Shown: piece after piece, positions 40,326-51,284 of the stretch
Numbering within the stretch: the stretch's first letter is position 1
How the letters are laid out: each line of letters begins with the position of its first letter
NCBI RefSeq assembly: GCF_026571515.1
Contig: NW_026855476.1
Location: 310,001 to 374,000 of the forward strand
DNA length: 64,000 nucleotides
DNA from: Ruditapes philippinarum
Lineage: Eukaryota
Reading direction: 5' to 3'
Program-made: the position numbers and the translations under genes
The notes under the pieces: model-generated
What the model saw: only the letters and a program-made list of their open reading frames with translations
Database searches by the model: none
What the model was told of the DNA's origin: nothing

Positions 40326-42645
40326 CTAAGCACGTTTGTAAATTCTGTTGCCGTTAAAGCTTGTGTCATCCAGTGGACTCATCGGCTGAAAACGTCGAAA
40401 GAATACATGTACATGAAAAATAAACATGTTTAAAAGATCTCGTTGAAACAAAAAGAGGTTCTCATGCAAACTACTGACATTATAAAACCGACATTCACAA
40501 CGACACGGATACATGTCACAACTTTCAAAGATAAAGAGATTAGACGGCATAGGGCCGCCTATAACAAACACATAGTTTAACAGTTGAGACAGCGTGTTAC
40601 TTTTAGTCGAGGTTGTAAACTTATATATAAATGTAATATTGCATAACTGTTTTCTTGCATTTGAGACCAATTCATATTCTGTGTTCTTCCTGAGAGCAAA
40701 AACAAAACAGTTCGAAACTGCTGATTAATTTGTTAACGAGCGACAATAAAAAGTGCAACATCTCATGAACACTCTGGACCACGGCTTAATCATATACACG
40801 AATTTTATTAGGATGAACAATTCTACAAGAGCCGAAGAATAAAACAGCACAGAGATAGATAGAGGACAATTTTCAGCAAAACATCTGCTGATAAGTGTAT
40901 GAAAATTCCGGATAGAAGAGGCCCCCCGAGAGAAAGCAAATACATGAAGTTAAGATTATTTCAAACGCTGTTTTATCGAGTCTATTCGAGAGAAAATTCA
41001 TTAAGAAAATTACTTACTGTATGAAGTTCACCATCTTTAATTAAGAACTCGGAGTATGTGTCGCATTTCCCCGGACCTGTTAACTGTGTTCTGGCTTTAA
41101 ATGTAATTACTCCGTCCTTAAATGTCGCTGTTTCCTGTAAAAATACAAAATGTCGCTATTTCATTTCATAAGATAAAATTTTGATAATCTTTGTGATGAA
41201 ATTAAGTCTTGCTACTCTCTGCATATAGATAAAATGTTGTCATTTCATTGCCACAATTTACTGTAAGAGGATAAAATGTCCCTTTTTATTGTGGTGAAAT
41301 AAAATGTCACACATTACTGTAAGAAGATAAAATGTCGCTATTATATTGTAACAAGATAAAAATATCGCATTTTTCTGTAAAGAAATAAAATATCGCAATT
41401 TCCTGTAACGAGATAAAATATCGCAATTTACTGTAAAGAAATAAAATATCGCAATTTACTGTAAAGAAATAAAATATCGCAATTTAGAATTACTGTAATG
41501 AGATGAAGTATCGCAATTTACTGTAAAGAAATAAAATATCGCAATTTACTGTAAAGAAATAAAATAACGCAATTTAGAATTACTGTAATGAGATGAAGTA
41601 TCGCAATTTACTGTAAAGAAATGAAATATCGCAATTTGGTGATATGAATTAAAATGTTACTATTTTACTGTAAAGAGATTTTAAAAAATGTCGCTGCTTT
41701 ATTATGTCGCTATTTCTTGTTATGAAAAAATTATCTCATTGCATCAAATAAAATCTGAGGGGAGGTAATCAGCTCTGATAAATATTATGTAAGTTAATCA
41801 TCACCTTATTGTGAAAGGAGTTCATCAAATCGTCCTTTGTCTCAAACTCCACACCAAACTGAAACTGGCAGTCATGTACAATATTAGAACCCATATCAAA
41901 CTTCATGTAAACTTCGTCACCTCTTCTTTCGATGTAGATAGTCGGCTTCATTAAGCAATACATATCAGTTTCATTCTCGGGATATTCTATAAGGAAAGTC
42001 AGGTGTTTAAATTCACGATAATTGATTAAAGTTTCACAATTTCACAAGGAAAAATAAGTTATGTTTTGCACTGATGAAGGCATATAGCCGAAATGTATGC
42101 ATTAAATAATTACTGAATGTTCGTGTTTGTGTGGCTTGTCTGTTTACAATTTCACAAGAATAGAGTTATACGTACAACGAGTACAACAAAAATATCTACT
42201 ATATGATCTACTTTCTATTTAGTTTGTCATGACAAATACAAAAGTTTATATTTATATCATCAATGTCAAATGACGTGAAACACGTGTACATATTTTAAAG
42301 ATCTAGAACTTAAACATATCTTTTAAGTAAATTTAACTTTTCATGAATATAGTTAATTACAGCTTGTTAAGATATTAGAATTTAGTTTTTTTTCTTACAG
42401 ACTGACAAGTAAGAAAAGCGTATGAACCATGAAAAATAATGTAAAATACAGTTTCATTGCTTTATTCAAGAGTTAAAATGTTCTAGAATAATAGTTGTCT
42501 AAATATGATAATTGTTTTAAAAAAAGACTAATGAAATAAACTTAAGCTCACTCATTCTCGTCATTGTTTCTTTCAGGTTCTCATCTCTATCCCACTTCCA
42601 AACACCGCAAAATGTCTCCTCAAATGCTTTCATGTCGTCTGCCAT
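40326..42645 (-). CDS. FABP/iLBP family, paralog B (150 aa)
   Basis: Exons 42645-42552, 41986-41805, 41134-41018, 40385-40326. FCGVWKWDRDENL, KPT, FQFGVEFE, KDGEL, NRIYKRA. GT-AG introns in phase. Confidence 0.88.
41300..41680. repeat. ~28-bp minisatellite in intron 2 of FABP B
   Basis: Tandem aaaatatcgcaatttactgtaaagaaat with variants. Confidence 0.85.
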
Positions 42646-43538
42646 TTTGAAAATTGTTCTAAAGTGAGTACTTTACTAACCGTAGATAACTAGAGTATTC
42701 ACAATATGACGAAAAGTTTCTGTTTGCGGTACCTGTTATAATATTTCTGACGCTCGATACGGACCACTTAGTCGCGGTTCACGTTCAGTCACGACTCTTT
42801 AATGTACATTTAGTGTTATATATCAATATTTGCTATACAACAAATACACGTATGATCATTCAAATATTTGTCATGGCTTAAATTTAAGCAAATATTACCA
42901 TGGTTTATTTGCGTTCACATTTTATTTATGCAAAGCTTTTTGAAGAGAACTTTGCTATATATAGAGGGTATAAGTCCAAGTTGTTGGATGATGCTTGTTG
43001 CCATGACGCTACAAAAGCAATTACTAGTATTATGTGCAACATTCTACCTAATAATGACTGTAACATGTATCTTTAAATGTAAATTTATAAACATTTTGGT
43101 TAATCTATTGTTCAACCAGTCCTCGACTTGAACTGATTGCATGTAGTTTAGCCGTGACCTGTCATTATTTGCATGAAATTTTAAAGAATAAGATTTTGTA
43201 CATTACTACACAATTCTATCTTTCAAGAAGGAACGTAAGGAGAAATATTACCAGTTTCTACGTGATGTTTTGATGACCAACTGTGACGTACACTACATTG
43301 CTTATCAAACATGTACATGTAACTCTAATTACAGATCGTGGTTTAGATTTTAATCGATTGTCCGGATCATTCTTGACCAACTGTTACATGTACGTACGGT
43401 ATGAAAGTGGTATATGAAAAACACTTATGCACCAATAAAATGCGAAAGAATACCCCGAATTCGAATCAGTGAAAATATCAGATTCTCATAAAAGTCTCTA
43501 TATATAAAGTTAACATTTGTGACAGTTTCTCAAACTTT

Positions 43539-43717
43539 AGTATGTTGGCTGACTTACGCCATGTCGTATTTTCGCTTCCTCGCCTCAAAATGCGAAAATG
43601 CGAAAACACGGAGGGACGACAAAGTTGAACTTTGTCGTATCTTCGTGTTTTCGCTTTTTTCGCATTTTCGAGGCAACAAAGCTAAAATATGACATGGCGT
43701 CAACCAGCCACCATACT
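43539..43717. mobile_element. Fold-back palindromic MITE
   Basis: agtatgttggctgacttacgccatgtc... versus ...gacatggcgtcaaccagccaccatact, centred on acaaagtt-g-aactttgt. Confidence 0.8.
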
Positions 43718-44894
43718 TTCGAGATGATCACAGGACAAGGTGTCTTTATGGCAAAAGACTTTCTGAATAAAAGTCATATAAACATGTACAGCCTTTGGTC
43801 TATACTGGCACAATCTACATTACACAGGCAGTTTTACCACATATTACATACATTGTTATGATTTGAAGCATTTTAATGGCTAAATATAATTATTCAAACA
43901 TTACAACTTGGGAATAAAAGAAAAGAGAAATCAGTCTAAAAAACTTACTAGTATTTATTAACAAAAACGTGTTGGCATGAAAATGGCCATGGCTGGATAA
44001 AAGCATTTTAATAATTTAACCTATTGAAATGTCTATGTGTTTCGATTTAAGACTACTAAATGTCTTTACTATAACTGTTTTTGCCCCGGCAACGGTTGCA
44101 AAAACGTGGTAGCACATGCTTCAACTCAAGGTACACAGGTACAGATGATGAAATCACTTTACATGTCTGTTTTACAAATTGATCAGCTCCGATAACGGTC
44201 GCTGAGAATTATAAGCATTCTCCTTTTTCTATATCTTTCTGTTCCAGCCATGACGTGCTAATATAGTGTTATCTGAAAATATAAAGGGAAGAAAGCAAAA
44301 ACAAGGAAAAACAATGAAATTGAACGGGTGGGTTTGTGGTGGGATTCAAGATTTGAAATGTAAATTTTAGATTTTTTAAACGAAGATAAACTAGTCTACC
44401 TCTTCTATGGTGAGCCACGATTGAAAGACCGTTCCCAGAATTTGCTCTGCCTTATATATGACATATTCAAGTGTAAGTTGTCTCCCCTGACAACTCTTTT
44501 TGAGGCCCTACTGGGGTGTTATAATAAAAAATGTTAAGTTGTAAGATTTGAATAAAAGATTTAATCCTCTAGCGGATAAATCGAATATTATTCAAACATT
44601 ACAACTTGGGAATAAAAGAAAAGAGAAATCAGTCTAAAAAACTTACTAGTATTTATTAACAAAAACGTGTTGGCATGAAAATGGCCATGGCTGGATAAAA
44701 GCATTTTAATAATTTAACCTATTGAAATGTCTATGTGTTTCGATTTAAGACTACTAAATGTCTTTACTATAACTGTTTTTGCCCCGGCAACGGTTGCAAA
44801 AACGTGGTAGCACATGCCAAAAAGCCCACAAGCAAAGTGAAACATTTGACTGTGGGCTTCCGCCAAAGCGGGCTACCACAGCTACAATTTTGCC

Positions 44895-45119
44895 CTACCC
44901 AGCCATGGACGTGAATGTGTTGAGAGCGCCCGATATTGTATTCAATAAAACGTGGTTACCAAAGTCCGACAGATGTGTGCCATCCGGCCTATACAACCTA
45001 GGGTTTTCTGTAATATTCACGAATTCGAAAACCCAGCCAAACGCCGCTCCCCGGCACTCCCCGTACACAGCCCCGGGGAATTCACCCAATGAAGTGTAAT
45101 AGCGAACTCAATGTTTTCG

Positions 45120-45158
<39 letters not shown>

Positions 45159-45981
45159 GAAATAAAACAGTTATTTCTTTATAAGAAAATAATTAAATAT
45201 TATTGTATGAATAATTCCATACAAAAAATAAAGTAAATACACAAGTTTACGCAGAAAATAACCTTATTTATTATGGAAGATTCCACTACGTCTGTTTGAA
45301 TTTTATTGATTTTCATTATAAACTTCTTTTTTTTTTTTTTAATAATTTGCAATAGATATTAAACGAATATTGATAATTTTTAAAAAGATCAATTTTTTTT
45401 CACCTTAAACGGTTAAATAATGATAGCAAAATAGAAATATCTCGTAACTGTGTTATGTACTTCATTTGGTGTAATTCCCCAGAGCTAAAACGGCAACGTA
45501 CCGGAAAACGGCGCCCAGCTAGGTCCTCGAAAAGGTCAATCAGGGTAACGAATATAATAACCCCCGAGTTTAATAACAAATGCACTGATACAACTATTTA
45601 TACGCATGCGGGTTTTATTTGCAGTTTTGTTACATTGGACATATCTCCATGACCTTCTTGGTAATATCTGAGACCAAATTATTTTCGTAACAGGCATATT
45701 TTCCCATAAAGTCCCTGTTATAAAGTTTTTGATGTCCCATATGATTTCAACTGAAGGTCGATTTCCTAAATCGTTCCCGCCACAGTGTAATATCAAAAAT
45801 TTTGGCGCATTTTTAAACTCAAGCAAGTATTCTATCGAAGGTTTTAAATCAGAAACTTCCATGCCCCCCTGATATTCCCATATAACATTATAACCTAGAA
45901 ATTTATGTCCTCACTTCTGCGGCATGCTGTTTGAAAGGCATCCCTAATAAATGAAGAGCCTATAATCCAAACATCCGACAT
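44895..45981 (-). pseudogene. SGNH/GDSL hydrolase of the Ngaro element (frameshifted and interrupted)
   Basis: Block I VWIIGSSFI (from ATG 45981), block II YQGG, block III LHCGGNDL, block V RPDGTHLS. Split between YPD and ITENPR by an insertion at 45017-45538. Confidence 0.82.
45017..45538. mobile_element. Fold-back insert with imperfect ~80-bp inverted arms, nested in the hydrolase
   Basis: Removing the insert plus one copy of the flanking AT restores ...YPD-ITENPR.... The arms are at ~45017-45095 and ~45458-45538; the interior is AT-rich with long T tracts. Confidence 0.75.
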
Positions 45982-46059
45982 TTTACAGGCTGAAATAAGT
46001 TTGATTATATATTACCTATCCATTTAATATATATAATTATCAAGTAATGTTATCAAAAC

Positions 46060-46352
46060 ACATGTCAGGCACATAATGCCAACCAGGTGTTATAAATTAT
46101 TAAAGACACATAATATCAGGCACATAATGCCAACTGGGTGTTATAGATTATTAAAGACACATAGTGTCAGGCACATAATGCCAACTGGGTGTTATAATTA
46201 TAAAAGACACATAATGTCAGGCACATAATGCCAACTGGGTGTTATAAATTATAAAAGACACATAATGTCAGGCACATAATGCCAACTGCTTGTTATACAT
46301 CAACACATTCAAAAAACAATATCAGGCACATAATGCCAGGCACATAATGCCA
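46060..46352. repeat. ~51-bp tandem repeat between recombinase and hydrolase
   Basis: 5-6 copies of gtcaggcacataatgccaactgggtgttataaattataaaagacacataat. Confidence 0.85.
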
Positions 46353-46552
46353 ATATATATATAACATCTTTTTATTACAACAGCATAAATTGCTCTTCTT
46401 AATACATTAATGTGTATTAAGACCCGGTAACGGTTTCTTAATACAAATACGTTCTTTATTTAAATAGCCAAATTTCGGATCGCCGGCATTCACATTACAG
46501 CCATTTTGGCAGATCCTAAAAAAATAAGTTTTTTCCATGAAATACTATAAAA

Positions 46553-47310
46553 TTATCGGATGTAGGATTTATAAGCGTAAGATCGCCAACGGACTCTGTA
46601 TTTTATATCATTGATAGCACAAACCTCACGGAACATATTAGAAGCCCCGCCGATTCGAAAAGAGTGTGCTTTATTTTTTTTTTATTGTTTTTTTTTTTCT
46701 GACCTATCGAGTTCAAAGTTCTTTTTAATACTGAATTGAATTGAAAGGATGTTAAGGGACTTCCATCGAAATAGCAGAATAACGGCCCTTGCACGTTACT
46801 TCTAAAATGTAAGAACTCTTTCAGTTTTTCATAACAGATTTTGGTCAGTTATCGGAATGTCAATAGAACATCCGACATATCTCTGGTCGTTTTTGGACAT
46901 CTAAAATAGAGTCTAATGAGATTTTGATTGATCGTTACATCATCTACATTTAAAAACAACCTTTTTTGATTTCTTTTAAGGCAATGCAATTTCGCTTATT
47001 CTTAACAGACCTATGTAGGCAAGACAGAAAGCATCAGAAAACATTAAACACTCATATTGTGATCTGTAAGGGTTAGGTAGGGCTGATAAAAGCTGTATCA
47101 GTACATTTTGTGTTATCGGGTGTCTTGTGTCATGCCTTTTCGATAATCTACGGAACCCTTCTAGCATAGTATTGACTATGAATTGTTTTGTATTGTCAAC
47201 CAAATTGTTTATTTTATTAAAATAACTTATTGTTGAAACGTGAACAGCTACTGTTGAAAATGAGTATTGACGTAAAGACATGTATGCAATATATTCCGTA
47301 ATATATAGTT
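46553..47310 (-). pseudogene. Tyrosine recombinase of the Ngaro element (frameshifted)
   Basis: FCLAYIGLLRISEI (catalytic Arg), SKNDQ, GPLF, HSFRIGGAS (HxxR), RWRSYAYKSYIR* (catalytic Tyr region), read across several frameshifts. Confidence 0.88.
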
Positions 47311-47379
47311 CTAAATGGCTGTTATCTTACTTATCTACCCATTTTTTTTAATTTTTTTTTTTTTAAACATAACATAACC

Positions 47380-48480
47380 ATTGAATTTTTCAAAAAAAAT
47401 GTTAGCCAAATATGTGCATCTTCTTTCATGCCTTGGTTGACTAATAAAATGGAACGGTTTCTTTACATACGACATGGCGCCATAAAAACGTCTTTTAAAG
47501 GCACGGCCACTGGGAATAGCTTTCGATATAAAATTAAATAGACCAACGACTGATTACAAGTAAGTGTTTGAGTCTAATCTTATTAGTGTTTCTCACCCAA
47601 ACGAGACTGTTTTCGCTTTCCTTATTTTTTCTAAAGGCACCTTAACCATTTGGTTGATTGAATCAATTTCTAGACCCAGGTATGTTATAGTTATAACAGG
47701 TCCCATTCATTTTTCGACACTTAGGGGGACACCAAGTTCATTGCAAATTTTATCAAATGTTCGCATTAAATTCAAGCATTTATGATTTTTCAAAAGATTT
47801 TTCTGCCATAAAAAAATCATCTAGTACTGTAGGTGGTCAATGTAGTATGATTTTGATTCTTTAGACACAAGCCATTGTAAAAAACTTTGAAACATTTTCA
47901 AAAATAAAACATGAACATGATGCGCCTTGTGGCAGCATTTTTTGAATTCAATATCCCTCCTCGGTTTTTATACCTAATAAATCAAAATCACCTGGCCATA
48001 TAGGGCATAAATTAAATGCAGAAGAAATGTCAGCTTTTGCCATAATAGCAGAATCCCCTATTTCTTGAACTATTCTTACTGCATTTTCGAATTGTGAATA
48101 TTAAACATGGCAAAATTCAGGATCGATAAATTCATTTATACTTTGCCTGGTGGGTATGAAAGCTGAAAGCACCGTTTTGTTTTGGTACGAGACCTACGGG
48201 ATTTATTCTCAGATTAGTAATTGGCCTTTTTTTGAACGGTCCTAGGATTCGCCCAAGTATAAATTCGTCGTGAAGCTTTTTACTTAATAAGCATTTTTGA
48301 TCAATTGCCGATTTGAGATTTTTGGACAAAAAAATAGGGATTCTTGGTCCCGTATATTCGAGTTTAAAACCAGTGCTGAATCCTTATAAAATGTAATTGG
48401 CATCATCCTTATTTGGGCATTGAAAGAGTTTATCAGCGAGAAACTAGATATTAATTGGTGAAAACCCCAGGTCCCATAGG
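47380..48480 (-). pseudogene. Reverse transcriptase of the Ngaro element (frameshifted; RNase H missing)
   Basis: KNLKSA, GRILGPF, INPVGLVPK, MAKADISSAF, WPGDFDLLG, LPQGASCSCFIFE, a disrupted YLDDF at ~47815-47835, ITYLGLEIDS. Confidence 0.85.
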
Positions 48481-49123
48481 CACTCTTTGAGCTGGCAATA
48501 TAAATACATAACGCGGTGTGAATTGCGCTGTTTGTTTATTTGCATAACAGTGTATTGAAGGGTGGTTACCAAAGCATTCGATGCAAACGTGTTTGTAAGT
48601 ACATGATCTATTTGTACAAAAGCCTTTGTTATTAAAGTCGTAACATTATTTTGAATATTCAGAAGTGCCGGCTGGTTCAAGGACTGTATAGTCTGCATTA
48701 TCCATATATGTCATCCACAATTCCGAGTCAATATTTTGCCACTTTAAAATCGATTAATTATTTAAGCCTAAATTATTATTTTTCTTTGGCAACAAAGTGT
48801 GTAACTAAACTCTACAAATTGATTGTTCCATATTTTATCTCTAGTACTGACAGATACATGTGCGGCTAGCATTGTACCGGAACAAGTATAAATTTATCAT
48901 GATATTTTTTAACTTCACCTTTATTTGTCTCTTGGTGATGAAGATCAACATCTACCGGAGGTCCGGATTGGCCATCCATTTCGTTTTCTTCACAGGGCTC
49001 CCTAACAGGTCTGTCAGCTGGAGGCATGGCTGTAGAAACAGACGTCCGAATGTTCCTCCTCTTATTGACTTGCTGTTGGAGCGTGTCTCGTGTATGGCCA
49101 CGTTGTTGTCGATGTTTTAACAT
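48444..49123 (-). pseudogene. gag-like ORF remnant of the Ngaro element
   Basis: WQNIDSELW and a C-terminal Cys/His cluster CYDFNNKGFCTNRSCTYKHVCIECFGNHPSIHC (~48550-48645), typical of DIRS-order gag. Confidence 0.72.
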
Positions 49124-51284
49124 TGTCGAAAAATAAAATAATATAAATAAATAAATTAAATAAATTTGTGTAGATCTAATTAAATTATTATTATTATTAT
49201 TATTATCAATTTTTCTTTTGGTGTATTTTATTTATTTCCTACTTTATATATTTAGATTCTATTTACTCTTATCTTTATTCTCTTAGCCTCGATGAAATGA
49301 CGTCATAGGTATGATGTCACGCGAGTGGATTTCAATGAGACTGATAATTTTCCCGTTGGAAAACATGACCTGTCATAATCGAGCCATATAATCAATATTG
49401 TATTTTTATGCGTTTTATAGCTATGCTCATTTATTCATTCATAAGAGAATGCTCTAGATTTTAAGTATAGATCACGTGCTGAAACATCATATAAATATAA
49501 AATCTATAGGTTTTAAACTCAAGATCTAGATTTAAATCCAATTTTTTATTTATTTACTAATTATTTCAAAGAAACCGATTGACTTTGACATATATTTAGT
49601 GTAATCAAGGCATCCAAAATTGATTTTTTTAGACTACTGTCCTTGAAGAGAACAACAGCTGGTCATCACCACGTGGTTATTAGATCTGGTCAAAGTTCTT
49701 TTCTAATAAACCCCAAATATTAAAACAAATAATAATGAGCAGAAATATAAAATGTATCTTAATCTCCTGTGCGATTCTAAATAATATTCGTTGATATTCA
49801 AGATTTGAAATGTAAATTTTAGATTTTTTAAACGAAGATAAACTAGTCTACCTCTTCTATGGTGAGCCACGATTGAAAGACCGTTCCCAGAATTTGCTCT
49901 GCCTTATATATGACATATTCAAGTGTAAGTTGTCTCCCCTGACAACTCTTTTTGAGGCCCTACTGGGGTGTTATAATAAAAAATGTTAAGTTGTAAGATT
50001 TGAATAAAAGATTTAATCCTCTAGCGGATAAATCGAATATTATTTTAACATTAAACATAAACAAATTTTAATCTTTTCTATTTAAGATATTGATTGTGAC
50101 CGCTTTACCAACTATGTATACATACATGCGCAAGGTCAATGAGGATCAAATAAAGTACACTTTTTCAATGGAAAAAGGTTTGAGTTAGAATTGTTATTAT
50201 TAATAGTACATTAATTATAAGTCTTCGAAGCACTTTGATGGTCAAATTTATTTTAACATCAAAGGGACTCGACTAAGGTAATTTGACATGACGGGACTGG
50301 AAATATTTATTTTCGAGTGACGTTTGTCTAGACCAATAGCTTGTGTACAAAATTTTACATCATTCGCTATTACGTTTTCCCGGAAAATTATTATAATTTT
50401 GAAAAGTCCCCTTAATTGTTCAAAAAGCTTTGCAACACTGTTCACGTATATTGGTACAGGACATACGCGAATAGCTTAAAAGACGATATTCGATTTATTT
50501 CTTAGTACAAATATATATTTCTTATTTAGCTTCTTCACATATTTCTGTTTTAGGTGACCCAGCTGATCTATGTTAGGAATTCAATTTTTTTTGCCTTGCT
50601 TTTGGTCGTCAATTAAGTTCCTTTAAATATATACAATAAATAATCCTAAAATTTTACATTTCATATAAAGAAAGATACTGACAGCTAGTGATCACTTTAA
50701 CGAACTGCTAATATGCAAGATCAATTAGGAATGAATATAGAACACTGAAAAAAGGTTTGATTTAGTATTTCAAAAGATGATCGTCGGGTAAAGGTATTTA
50801 ACAAAACAAACAAATTGTAGACAAATGTATAATTTAATTGCTATTAACATGATATAACTCATATACATGTATATATGTATATCATAGTATTACTAGACAA
50901 TGTACATGTTATCAATAGCAGCTTATGTTATTGGTTTGGTACAGTATTAAAATGGAACAATATTCATTTTCAATATACATGTATATCTATGACTACTAAA
51001 TATAGTGACAATTTTACTTTATTTATCACTGCTCAATAATGCATGTGTTTAAAAAAAAAACATGGAAAACATCGGGGAAAAAAACTTGACATATTCAAAA
51101 TTTTTAATTCTTTTCGATTTATAGATACATTTTATTGTACCAAACACTATTTGTCGTATTGTATGGATCTACAAATTGTTGAAAACAAAAAAAAATAACA
51201 ACAACAATTATAATGATATATACATGTATTTGAATTCTTCATGTCGGCTTGGTTTTTGATCTGTTCCAGTGATGATAGATGAGT

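Larger units (their letters stand above)
43889..50044 (-). mobile_element. Ngaro-type (DIRS order) tyrosine-recombinase retrotransposon, coding-decayed
   Basis: Split direct repeats in A1-coding-B1-A2-B2 order on the minus strand: A = 49796-50044 and 44344-44592 (249 bp), B = 44587-44817 and 43889-44119 (231 bp). Remnants of gag, RT, tyrosine recombinase and SGNH hydrolase lie between them. Confidence 0.92.

Noticed and set aside
46553-47310. Phage integrase, bacterial contamination or horizontal transfer
   Set aside because: The recombinase lies with RT and gag inside split direct repeats, the normal layout of a DIRS-order retrotransposon.
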